Source of the DNA: Chloropicon primus
Lineage: Eukaryota
Length of the DNA: 64,000 nt
NCBI GenBank assembly: GCA_023205875.1
Contig: CP060765.1
Span: forward strand, 248,001 to 312,000
Direction: 5' to 3'
Made by a program: the position numbers and the translations under genes. Positions 43,952 to 55,313 of the stretch are shown piece by piece. How positions within the stretch are numbered: position 1 is the first letter of the stretch; every line of letters begins with the position of its first letter. Under the pieces are notes generated by a model that was not told the origin of the DNA, searched no databases, and saw only the letters and a program-made list of their open reading frames with translations.

Positions 43952-46501
43952 TTAGTCCTTCTTCGCCTCGAAGAGGCACATGTAAGCCAGGTGCAGCGGG
44001 GGCTTCTCTGATCGCGCCACCTTCTCGTCGTTCATGATGTACCAGTCGCTCCCCCTCCTCACGTGGGCCACGTAGTGCCCAGAGCCCGTGTTCTTTCCGA
44101 TGTGGCTCACAATCCCGGCCAACCTGTAGTTTCCGGGCACGTCTTCGTATTTGTCGCCTTCGCCAGGCTTGTTGCCATCGCCCTTCTTTTGCGTCTCGAT
44201 CGCATCGATTGCTCCCTCCAGATCGTCTGCATGGCTGAACAGCCAATCCGCGGCCCGCTCCACCGAGCCCTGGCACGCGTCGAGCGCAGCGTTACACTGC
44301 CTTTCCGTGAAGCCCATGGAGGTGAGCATCATGATCGACTCCTGGCTGTGACCTGCGGGTGGTCCTCCAACTTGAACCCCTGTCCCCCGGATGGGATCGT
44401 TGAAGTCCGCGTCTTCCATGTGCTGGAGGATCCACTCCATGCAAACCTCCGCCGAGGCGTTCTGCATCGCGATTGCCGCCCTCTTGCACCCATTCTCACT
44501 GAAGCCCATGCCCATCAGCTGATTCACGATCTCCTGGTTCGGGGTCACGGCGGCCGGCTCCTCTTTGCTTGGGCTTCCCTCCGGCAGCTCCTGCTCCCCC
44601 GGCTTGAGCCCCGCGCTCCTGTAGCCCTCCAACGAGATTTCGTCTGGAATGTCCACGTTGACCTCCATTTTGCAAGGCCGCCAGCTCGCGTCCACGTAAT
44701 ACCTCCTGAGATACACGACCAGATACGGGGGGAAAGACTTGAACCTAACCGTTCTCGAGGCTGCCGTCTTCCTCATCACGGCCGCGGAGTAAAAGTCGTC
44801 CAGCACCTCCTCCTGAGCAAAGCTGTCCAAGCAGGCTTGGAAGGGAACGTTCGGAACGACTTTGGGTTCCTCCGCCCCTTTTGTTTCCTCCAACTTCAGC
44901 TTCTTGTTCTGCCTCTCTTCGTACTCCCTGATCTCCTCCAGGTTCGTGGCCTTGTCGAGGGGAATGCTGAGTGCCAACACGTTGTCCTCCCTCTGCTTGT
45001 ACATGACCTTCTTGCTCTCGCCGCACTCAAACCTGTCCTCGAACTGGAAGGTGAAGTGGGAAGAAGTCCGTTTGAAGGATTCGGGCAGGAGGCTGCCATC
45101 CGCCCTCTCTGCCCTGGACACTTGCTCCAGGAAGTGCTGGAAGAATTCGACGGAATCCTGCTGCCTCGAGGACGAAAATTCGGGGTGGCCCCGACCGATC
45201 AGCGTCTTGAACATGTTCGGCGACACGCTCAAAGTGCAGTCGCCCTCCTCTTTCCCCTCCTCCCTCGGCACGCCTTGGGCGAGTACGAGGGCTCTCGACA
45301 GCTTGGCCATCTGCACCACCAAGGTGCTCTGGGGCTTCTTGCCGCTGGAAGAAGAAGAAGAAGAAGAGGCCTGGGCGGCGAATGCATCGAAGATGCCCTG
45401 GGCGTGAGCCGCGTAGGTTGACTTGACGCCGCTGGTGCTGCAAACCAACTGCATGACGGAGTTCATGTAGCAGCTGTTGCCCAAGTTTTTCAGCCCAACC
45501 AGTCCCGGCCCCCCGGCCGGCACGAGCTTGCTGCCCTCCTCCGTAATGGAATCAAACTCGTGCTTGAGGTTCAAATCGATCTGCATCTCTGCCATCGTCT
45601 TGTCCGTCTTCTCCATCTCGAGCATGTTGATCCCCCAGTGCTGCAAGTGCTTCGACAGCAGTGGGTTGATTACCATGTCGTTCTCGTCCGGCGCGTAGCA
45701 GAAAACGTCGGCGCCCTTTGGGGTGATCGTCCCCAGCTTCACCGCGAGGGGAAACATCGAGCCCGTCGCCTCGTAGTGGGTCAGGGCGGCCCCGCACCCC
45801 CCGGTGCCGTCAAAGTTCCTTCGACCGCAACCGATGTAGCCGTCCGAGAGGTTCAGCCACAAGTTCGTCTTCGCCCCGCAGCTCGCGCACCTCCACTTCT
45901 CCGGGTCGCTGGAGACCGGGACGGGGCTCTCGTCCTGCATCAGGGCCTCCGCGTACTTGGTCACCTGCAACTCCTCCTTCCACTCGGAGATCAGGCTCTC
46001 GGTGTGACCGTCCTTGTGGCTCATGATGGCGCTCACGCACTCGCCCACCACGGGAGGCAGGCCATCGCAAGGGAGACCCACCTCCACGTTGTCCGGGTAA
46101 GCCACGAGCGAGAGCTTCTCTTCGACCTCGTACTTTTGATCATCCAACTTGAAGCCGTTCTCCGTTCCAAGGGCGAACTCCGTGACGCCCTCGTCCTTCT
46201 TGCCGTCGGAGCCGTCGCCGTCGTCACCCTTCTCGACCTTGGTCCTCCTGATCCTCAGGAACAGCCCCCCCTTGTCGGCATGGAGCGCCAGGCCGAGCGA
46301 GTCCTCCGAGTACCCGATCCAGGTCTTGAGCGAAACGAGGACGCCTCCTCCCTCGGACGAAGACGACGAAGGCGAAGCACCTCCTCCCGTAGTGAACGCG
46401 TTCGCGAACGTGTACGCGCACTCGTCCTTCCACACCTCGTCCGCCTCCCTCGGCACTCGTACCAAACCCTTCTCCACGTACTTGGCCGCGATCCCCTCCA
46501 T
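43952..46501 (-). CDS. UBP14: Ubiquitin-specific protease 14 (USP5/isopeptidase T ortholog): ZnF-UBP, USP domain, 2 UBA
   Basis: NLWLNLSDGYIGCGR, FPLAVKLGTIT, GLKNLGNSCYMNSVMQ, QQDSVEF, two MGF UBA motifs, SHIGKNTGSGHYVAH. Confidence 0.95.
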   Translation of the reverse strand: MEGIAAKYVEKGLVRVPREADEVWKDECAYTFANAFTTGGGASPSSSSSEGGGVLVSLKTWIGYSEDSLGLALHADKGGLFLRIRRTKVEKGDDGDGSDGKKDEGVTEFALGTENGFKLDDQKYEVEEKLSLVAYPDNVEVGLPCDGLPPVVGECVSAIMSHKDGHTESLISEWKEELQVTKYAEALMQDESPVPVSSDPEKWRCASCGAKTNLWLNLSDGYIGCGRRNFDGTGGCGAALTHYEATGSMFPLAVKLGTITPKGADVFCYAPDENDMVINPLLSKHLQHWGINMLEMEKTDKTMAEMQIDLNLKHEFDSITEEGSKLVPAGGPGLVGLKNLGNSCYMNSVMQLVCSTSGVKSTYAAHAQGIFDAFAAQASSSSSSSSGKKPQSTLVVQMAKLSRALVLAQGVPREEGKEEGDCTLSVSPNMFKTLIGRGHPEFSSSRQQDSVEFFQHFLEQVSRAERADGSLLPESFKRTSSHFTFQFEDRFECGESKKVMYKQREDNVLALSIPLDKATNLEEIREYEERQNKKLKLEETKGAEEPKVVPNVPFQACLDSFAQEEVLDDFYSAAVMRKTAASRTVRFKSFPPYLVVYLRRYYVDASWRPCKMEVNVDIPDEISLEGYRSAGLKPGEQELPEGSPSKEEPAAVTPNQEIVNQLMGMGFSENGCKRAAIAMQNASAEVCMEWILQHMEDADFNDPIRGTGVQVGGPPAGHSQESIMMLTSMGFTERQCNAALDACQGSVERAADWLFSHADDLEGAIDAIETQKKGDGNKPGEGDKYEDVPGNYRLAGIVSHIGKNTGSGHYVAHVRRGSDWYIMNDEKVARSEKPPLHLAYMCLFEAKKD

Positions 46502-46519
46502 CCCTCTCTCCCTCTCTCT

Positions 46520-46592
46520 GAATCCTCAAATCCTCACCAGAGCTCCGCTCTCTTCGAGCGACGGCTCTTTCGAAAGAGGAAGAGACGACCTT
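46520..46592 (-). promoter_or_regulatory. Oriented upstream element copy (core 46566-46577), 5' of UBP14
   Basis: Minus strand tcgtctcttcctctttcgaaagagccgtcgctcgaagagagcggagctctggtgaggatttgagg. Confidence 0.7.
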
Positions 46593-46764
46593 GGCGATTG
46601 TTCCGCTCAATAACACCGCCAACGCCGCAAACCTCGACCCCGCAACCTAATCACCGTCCTCTCGCGTCCCTCCACCTCCCGAGCGATCGCGATTGATGAT
46701 CATTTGATTTGACCGTTCAAACGAACGAGCGACAGAAGGGGATCGATCGTTGGCGATCGCGATC

Positions 46765-46800
<36 letters not shown>

Positions 46801-47243
46801 AGGAAGTGATCGTGAGGGAGGAGATGGTGAGGGGGTCAAAAAACATGATCCAACTTTGTTTTCTCTTTCGAATGATACGTCCCTTGCCCTTGTTGACCCC
46901 CGGAAAAGAAAAAAAACGAACGAACTTGTCGTTGCTCGTTCGCCTTTCGATGGGTGTGAAGATGCATGCAGAGGAAGCCTGACACGAACTCAAAATCTTT
47001 CTCTTGTTCTCTCAGACGAGGACAGTTTTGGGCAGTGAGGCTGACAAAAAGCTTCGAAACGTTCTCAGAACTTTTGCTGCTCATTCATTCATTCATTCAA
47101 TCAATCACGGAAGACTCAGACTCAGAGAGACCACCACCGCAGGATTGGATTGAACTGGATTGATTCGACCGCGTATCGTCATCGTCGTCGTGTCACTGGC
47201 TGCCGTTTCAGTGAGTTGAAGAGAGAGGGGAAAAAAGAGAGGC

Positions 47244-50200
47244 ATGAGTAGCGCGGTTCTGTCGCCACTCGGGGCCCACAATGGGCAGCGGAGGCTGAAG
47301 ACGCTCAAAGAGTTACAGGCCAAGGACAAGAGAACCTTGCTGGAGGAGAAGGACCAGGTCGCCGGGAAGACGGCGAGGAGTGCCGGAAACGGGGACAAGG
47401 AGAACGACGGGGCACGAGGTCCTGTCGCTCCCAATGCTGTTGCTATCCAAACCGCCGAGAACTTCGTGACGGCGAAGAGCTTGGAGGAGGCGCTCGAGTC
47501 GATCGATGTGAAGGCGGAAGGAAACCCCGCCGCCACCACCGTGGAGGACAAGGTGGAGGACAAGGTGGAGGGAGGAAGGGCGAGCCGAGGCGCTGGTGAG
47601 GTCTGCGACCAGGTCCTGAGACTCCAAGACGCTTCGGGTGACGTTCCGTACCTTGACTTCGGCGTCGTCGAGCTCGGGGGGAGCAAAACGGTTCTCTTCC
47701 AAGTGCTGAACGACTCCTTCGACAGGCAGAGGCTTCAGCTCGACCGAATGCCCACGGAAAAGGGGTTCGCCCTCACCGAAGGACCCAGCGAGGCGTCTTC
47801 CGGCATGCAGGTGGAACAGGATGAGGACGACTACGACGGGACTTATTACTTTGAGGCCCAGGGGAGGGCCCAAATTGGGGTGAGGTGGAGCCCCACCGAG
47901 CTCGGGACCACCCGGGAGATCATCCACTTCAAGCTGAGAAGCGACAGACAAAGGTTGCAGTGCATCGTTTTCGGAAGGTGCGTCGGAAAGGGCGAGGCCC
48001 TCGAGGCCAAGCACCAGAAGAAGAAGAGGTTCCTCGCCGGATCCGGCAAGAGGCTTGCGCACAACATCCAGAAGACCAAGAAGCACAAGGTTGGGGGCGG
48101 CAAGGAGGGAGCAAAGCAGGCCGTGAGGAGCAGGCCTGGCTTCACCGCCTTCCACACGGATTTGTGGAGGCAGAAGCAAGAGAGGGCTTTCGCCGCCTGG
48201 CTCAACATGGTGTTCCTCGCCCAAATCACTTGCTGCGCCGTGAAGAACAGGGTAAGAGCGTGGAACGACTGTCAGTTTGACGCAAAGGTGCAAAACAAGC
48301 TTTGGGACTACTACACGAAAAACGAGACGCTCAAGAGGGCGATGCTGAATGTCGAGAAGCTCATAGATTCGGGAAAGCTTGCTCTCACGGAGAAGGGATC
48401 CTCCCTCTTCACCGATCTAAGGATCAAGAAGCAGGCCGTGAGCGCCATCATGTCGTACAATTCCTTCTGGCTCAAGCAGGGCTTGCAAGTCATACTCGGA
48501 GCGCAGATGCCGATGACGGAAGATTATACCGACGCTCAGCTACGAGAGCTTGTCCTGAATTTTCTGATAGAGGACCAGACGGCGGCCAAGAGGCTCTCCA
48601 CGGGGGGGAGCCAGGATGGAAAGCTCAAGTCGGGGTACACGAAAGCTAGGGCCAGGGAGTTTCTGAAGAAGTTTTTGTTGATGGTTAAACTCTTGGACCA
48701 GCTGATGATGGAGGAGGACACGTACGATATGCCGCTCCTGTTTAGGGGCAAGGGGAAGGTGAAGTCTTCCCAGAGCATGGTACAGAGCGTGATTGGCGAG
48801 AGTTTGCACGGGGAGGGCAACGTCTTGAGGCACCTCAAATTCCATGGGTATGCGTTGTCCTACGAGCAGGCCCCTTTGCTAGAATACAACTTCAAGATAA
48901 ACAACTTGGCAGTAGACTTGAGGGATGGAGTACGATTGAGCAAGCTAGTGGATTACATGAATGACAAGAGGGAGGACCTGATCTCAAAGGCTAAAATCTC
49001 ATCGAAGTCCAAGGCAGCGAGGATGTCAAACACAGAGAAAGTCTTTGCTCAGATGAAGAAGTTGGGGATTAGCTTGAACGGAGTTCTGTCAAGGTTTGGG
49101 TTGTTGGATCTCAAGCCCAAGGACATCGTTGAGGGTGACCAGGAACTGACATTGCAGTTTCTTTGGAGGGTGATGAGAGACTGGCAGATTCCTCACCTCA
49201 TCAAGGCGCCCTCGCTGGAAGTTGAGATCGACCGGATAAGTGACGGGAAAAAAATTGAGGATTCCTACTTTGATAGAGATGAGTCTCTCGCAGCCCACGC
49301 TGGCGAACGTGTCATCAACTTGCTGTTGAAGTGGGCCCAAACCATATGTGCAGGGCATGGCTTGAAAATCAGGAACTTCACTTCTTCTTTTGCGGACGGG
49401 CATGCACTGTGTCTTATTGTCAACCGCTACGCCCCGGAGCTCTTGAGTCTTGATAGCGTGCAAAGGGTGAGTGCACAAGGCGATGATGTCTCAAGGAACG
49501 CCCCGAAGTCAGAGAGGGAAATCGAGCAAGTCAGGTCGAATTTCACGGTCATGAATGAATGCTTGAGCCACCTCGGTGGCGTACCGAGGATGCTTTCATT
49601 TTCTGATTTTGATTCGTATGGCCCAGATGAGATTGCGGTGATATCATTTTTGGCTTTCCTTGCATCTCGCATGATGAAGCTGTCCAAGGAGGACAGGTCG
49701 GCTCTGGTTATCCAAAGAAAATGGAGAGACTCGAAGGTGCCCCCACAAAAGCCTCTTGAGACGTTGAAGTTGTGGATCAAGAGTGCCCAAGTCATTGAGA
49801 GAGGATGGAAGGCTTACTTGGATCGGAAGTTCTCTTCCGCTGAATGGCTCGAGAAGCTGGAAGCCGCTACAAAGATACAAAGGGCTTACAGGACTATGAC
49901 TGTAGTCAGGGGTGCGAGAAAGCAAGTAGCGCAGAAAATAGCGGATGTCACGAGGATTCAGGCAGTGTGGAGAATGAGGAGCATCAGGACCGAGCATTTC
50001 CAGATGCAAAGAAGTGCTCAGACAATACAAGCACAGTTCCGGGCGTGGAGTGCAAGAAAGCACTTCAGAGATTCATTCCTTATACCAAGGATTCTATATT
50101 CTGGACTTGTACACAAGAAAGCGCTTGAGCAACATCGTGCAGATGAAAAGAAAAACCTGTCTGCGGTACTCATTCAAGCACATTTCCGCATGATGATTCA

Positions 50201-53200
50201 AAAGAGGCAAAGGAAAGACGCCTTGAATGCCATTGCGCTCATCCAGAAGCACATGAGACGCGAAATTGTTTACCGCCAGATGCGATCACTCCACAGTTCG
50301 GCTGTGCGAATACAAAGCACTTTCAGAAGCTACATCATTAGGAAGCAGGACCGGCATGCACAGAGCGCTGCGGTGAAGATTCAAGCGTCTTTCAGGGCCC
50401 ACAGGCAGATGATGCAGTTCAAGAGGGACATGGCTGGTGTAGTGAAGGCCCAGAGCATGATCCGTACTTGGCTCGTGCAGCAATCTATCAAGCAGCAAGG
50501 GGAGGCTGCTGTTTGTGTGCAGAAGGCGTACAGGACCTACATCATTAGGAAGCAGTACCAGCATGCACAGAGCGCTGCCGTGAAGATTCAAGCGTCTTTC
50601 AGGGCCCACAGGCAGATGATGCAGTTCAAGAGGGACATGGCTGGTGTAGTGAAGGCCCAGAGCATGGTCCGTACTTGGCTCGTGCAGCAATCTATCAAGC
50701 AGCAAGGGGAGGCTGCTGTTTGTGTGCAGAAGGCGTACAGGACCTACATCATTAGGAAGCAGTACCAGCATGCACAGAGCGCTGCCGTGAAGATTCAAGC
50801 GTCTTTCAGGGCCCACAGGCAGATGATGCAGTTCAAGAGGACATGGCTGGTGTAGTGAAGGCCCAGAGCATGATCCGTACTTGGCTCGTGCAGCAATCCA
50901 TCAAGCAGCAAGGGAGGCTGCTGTTTGTGTGCAGAAGGCGTACAGGACCTACATCATTAGGAAGCAGTACCAGCATGCACAGAGCACTGCCGTGAAGATT
51001 CAAGCGTCTTTCAGGGCCCACAGGCAGATGATGCAGTTCAAGAGGGACATGGCTGGTGTAGTGAAGGCCCAGAGCATGGTCCGTACTTGGCTCGTGCAGC
51101 AATCCATCAAGCAGCAAGGGAGGCTGCTTTGATGATCCAATCTACCTACAAGTGTTTTGTCGCTAAGAAGCTTCTTGGTCAGCACAAGGCCGCTGTTTGT
51201 GTGCAGAAGGCGTACAGGACCTACATCATTAGGAAGCAGTACCAGCATGCACAGAGCGCTGCCGTGAAGATTCAAGCGTCTTTCAGGGCCCACAGGCAGA
51301 TGATGCAGTTCAAGAGGGACATGGCTGGTGTAGTGAAGGCCCAGAGCATGGTCCGTACTTGGCTCGTGCAGCAATCTATCAAGCAGCAAGGGGAGGCTGC
51401 TGTTTGTGTGCAGAAGGCGTACAGGACCTACATCATTAGGAAGCAGTACCAGCATGCACAGAGCGCTGCCGTGAAGATTCAAGCGTCTTTCAGGGCCCAC
51501 AGGCAGATGATGCAGTTCAAGAGGGACATGGCTGGTGTAGTGAAGGCCCAGAGCATGATCCGTACTTGGCTCGTGCAGCAATCCATCAAGCAGCAAGGGG
51601 AGGCTGCTGTTTGTGTGCAGAAGGCGTACAGGACCTACATCATTAGGAAGCAGTACCAGCATGCACAGAGCACTGCCGTGAAGATTCAAGCGTCTTTCAG
51701 GGCCCCCAGGCAGATGATGCAGTTCAAGAGGGACATGGCTGGTGTAGTGAAGGCCCAGAGCATGGTCCGTACTTGGCTCGTGCAGCAATCCATCAAGCAG
51801 CAAGGGGAGGCTGCTTTGATGATCCAATCTACCTACAAGTGTTTTGTCGCTAAGAAGCTTCTTGGTCAGCACAAGGCCGCTGTTTGTGTGCAGAAGGCGT
51901 ACAGGACCTACATCATTAGGAAGCAGTACCAGCATGCACAGAGCGCTGCCGTGAAGATTCAAGCGTCTTTCAGGGCCCACAGGCAGATGATGCAGTTCAA
52001 GAGGGACATGGCTGGTGTAGTGAAGGCCCAGAGCATGGTCCGTACTTGGCTCGTGCAGCAATCTATCAAGCAGCAAGGGGAGGCTGCTGTTTGTGTGCAG
52101 AAGGCGTACAGGACCTACATCATTAGGAAGCAGTACCAGCATGCACAGAGCGCTGCCGTGAAGATTCAAGCGTCTTTCAGGGCCCACAGGCAGATGATGC
52201 AGTTCAAGAGGGACATGGCTGGTGTAGTGAAGGCCCAGAGCATGATCCGTACTTGGCTCGTGCAGCAATCCATCAAGCAGCAAGGGGAGGCTGCTTTGAT
52301 GATCCAATCTACCTACAAGTGTTTTGTCGCTAAGAAGCTTCTTGGTCAGCACAAGGCCGCTGTTTGTGTGCAGAAGGCGTACAGGACCTACATCATTAGG
52401 AAGCAGTACCAGCATGCACAGAGCGCTGCCGTGAAGATTCAAGCGTCTTTCAGGGCCCACAGGCAGATGATGCAGTTCAAGAGGGACATGGCTGGTGTAG
52501 TGAAGGCCCAGAGCATGGTCCGTACTTGGCTCGTGCAGCAATCCATCAAGCAGCAAGGGGAGGCTGCTTTGATGATCCAATCTACCTACAAGTGTTTTGT
52601 CGCTAAGAAGCTTCTTGGTCAGCACAAGGCCGCCGTGCTTATTCAGTCTATCTTCAGGGGGCACTTTGCAAAGAAGATGTTGTCGAGGAAACTTGAGGGT
52701 ATTGTGCTTATTCAAAAGTACTTTAGGGGCCACAAGTGCAAGAAGAGGTATAGACGTTACCAGAAGATGAAGAAGGCGATGGAGGAGTTTGCTAGAGCTG
52801 CCAAGCTTTTTACATTGAAATCAGCAGCTGCAATCAAGATACAGAGCAACTTCAGGAGCTTCACGTGCAGAAAGAAATTCCAAGCCCTGGTTCTGAAAGC
52901 CAAAGCTGCTGTGAGGATTCAGTCTGCTTGGAAATCTCACGAGCAGCAAAAGCGATACAACGCTGTCATGAATGCTCGCAGCGTTCTTAGGAAGTACCTG
53001 CCATTCCTGGTCGACAGATCCCACTTCCTTCGTATGAAGAGAGCATCCATTGCGATCCAGTCGGCTTACAGGAAGCACCACAGCAAAAGGGTCCAGAGTG
53101 CTGGTGTCATTCAAAAGCATATTAGAAGTGTGCTGGCAAGAATTGAAGTTCACAAGAGGGAAAGAAGCATTGCCACAATCCAAGCGCACATGAGATCCTA

Positions 53201-54035
53201 CATGACAAGGCGCTCGAGCAGCAAGGAGCTCAAGTCCATCAGGAGCAGACTCTTTGGTGCTAGCGAGAGGGTAAGGGCAAACCCAAAGCTCAGCATCGGG
53301 TACCAGACATCTGCTGCACTCCGGGGTCTAGTCAAAGCAAAGACTATTCACAGCGCGATCAGCTTGTGCAAGGTTATCAGCTTCAGCACCAGATACTCGT
53401 CGAAGTGCTGCGTGATGGTCTATGAGGACAAAACTGCGATCGCCTCCCTGCTGAGACTCATGAGAGCTTGCAACAGGAGCCAGCCCCACGTTGACTTCCT
53501 CAAGCAGGTGATGCCAGCTCTGCAGAACATCGTCGAATGCGGCAGACCCAACGCCAAGTCCCCAGTGCTGACTGAGGAGCTCGCCGAGGTTCCTGACATT
53601 TTCACGACTCTGAGCGAGCTCTTGCAGATGTTCAGGGGCAACCCTGACATCTTCCAGCCGACCGCCAAGGTCTTGCACGCCCTCGTCAGCTGCGGGAAAG
53701 GGGTTGGGTCCCTGGACGCCTTGAGTGACGAGATGAAGGGAATGAAAAAGAAGCTGGAGGGCATTTCCCAGATTCTGAAGCAGAAGTTGAGGCTGGAGAA
53801 GAAGTACATTGACCACATGGAGAACAAGAAGGGGTCTGATGTGTCCGCTAGAGAGTCGGCAAAGAAGGTGGTGCAAATCACGAAGGATTTGCAGTCGCTG
53901 TACGATATCCTCAACTGCTTCGGCGATGCCCCAGCCGGGGAATACTCTGTGGTCGAGCCACGCAGCGCAAAGAACACCATCGTGAGAAAGGCCTTTATGG
54001 AGACGCAGAACATCCCATCGCTAAACAGGATGTAA
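47244..54035 (+). CDS. ASPM: Abnormal spindle-like microcephaly-associated protein (ASH, 2 CH, many IQ, ARM-like C-terminus); three 1-nt G-run deletions (~50840, ~50913, ~51120) break the frame as given
   Basis: ASH-like LDFG.V..G, QERAFAAWLN, YNSFWLK.GL, INNLAVDLRDGVRL.KL, DIVEGD.ELTL.FLW, LLKW...IRNFTSSFADG, IQxxxR repeats, CNRSQPH. Confidence 0.9.
50330..52633 (+). repeat. Coding tandem array: ten 207-bp units (3 IQ motifs each) interspersed with four 66-bp units
   Basis: gcagatgatgcagttcaagagg at about 50405, 50612, 50819, 51024, 51296, 51503, 51710, 51983, 52190, 52463; ALMIQSTYKCFVAKKLLGQHK unit at about 51128, 51815, 52295, 52568. Confidence 0.95.
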
Positions 54036-54537
54036 TAATCCTGCACGAATCGAACGTACCGTGAAGAGGACGACGACCCCCGCGCAGCGCTAGAAAATTC
54101 TTGACGAGAGAGGGGGACGGAGGAGAGGAGGAAGCTACGACGCGTCAACACGACACAACTAAAAGCAATGGACTTACTTATATTTTATTTATTGAACTAT
54201 CACTGAACACTTGTCTTGCCTTGAGACCTGCCTCTCCAGCCTCTGGTGCAACATCGACCAAGCACGCAGATGCCTCGCCCCTCTCAGTCCACATATACAT
54301 CCTAAACCCCTCCCATTCCTTGGCATTCAGAGCGTGCAACCTCTCCAACCCCTAGGCCTGGCCATTGCGCACCTCCTCGCCCCTCGTCTTGCAATCACCA
54401 TACTACCCTTGGCTCCCGAAGTCAGTCCCATCCATTAATGTCATAATTCTCTCATAATTATGATTTTTGCTTTCTCGAGATAAAGGAGAAGAAGAGGTTT
54501 GCTGTTTGCTCTTGACGACGAACGACGGACGGAGGCC

Positions 54538-55198
54538 ATGGCGATGAGCAGCGCGCGGAGGCCACCGAACACGAGCACCGTCCCCTGCAGCGGATGCCAC
54601 ACACTGTTGAGCTATGCCACGGGTGCCCAGAGCGTGCGTTGCGGTACGTGGCTCGCAAGTTTTTTGTGCGTTACGGGGTGGAGGGGTCTTGTAACTGACC
54701 GAAGTCGTGCGTGTGTGTGTATGTTTCTCTTCTTCTCTTTTTCTTGCCTCTGCGTTTCAAGTCTTGTGCTCGACGGTGACTGACGTCCGACCGGTGAGTC
54801 ACCTCATCTGCGGGGGGTGCCGCACCGTCCTCGCCTACCCGTCGGGTGCCGCGAGTGTGAGGTGCGCTGTGTGCGATTCCTTGAACACCACGATTCGTAG
54901 AGACGTAACCGCAGTGGTGAGGTGCGTGGGTTGCAATACCGACCTGAACTACCCGTCAGGAGCGTCCAGCGTGAGGTGCTCCCTGTGCCATCACATCAAC
55001 CAGGTCCGCGGAGGCTCCCGGATAGCCCAAAGCCAGGGACCGGGCCCTTTACTGGCGGGCCTGCAGCAGCAACAGCAGCAACAGGAGGGGCTGGAAAGTT
55101 TTGGGAGGAAGAGCTCAACCTTGTACGTCATCCAGAACCCCTGCAAGGACGGCGAAGAGTGTTTTAACATGGCGATAGGCCTGAAGATCGCGGCGTGA
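54538..55198 (+). CDS. LSD1/LOL-type zinc-finger protein (3 CxxC..YPxGAxSVRCxxC fingers); intron 54644-54761
   Basis: Three LSD1 fingers (first completed by splicing) and the C-terminal V.QNP motif characteristic of the family. Confidence 0.9.
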
Positions 55199-55313
55199 GG
55201 CGGCACCCCTGTAAGATATCAACAAGTTCGCAATGGATATTCAGTAGTACTATACAACAAAAGGTTTTCATTTTTTCGTTTTTCACTTGGCGATGACGAG
55301 CCCTTCGCACCAA

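Noticed and set aside
50330..52633. CRISPR-like or satellite array
   Set aside because: No unique spacers; units are in-frame IQ-motif coding repeats within ASPM
47244..54035. ASPM as a pseudogene or as two genes
   Set aside because: The three lesions are 1-nt homopolymer deletions that cancel out, and both flanks are intact; sequencing error is more parsimonious
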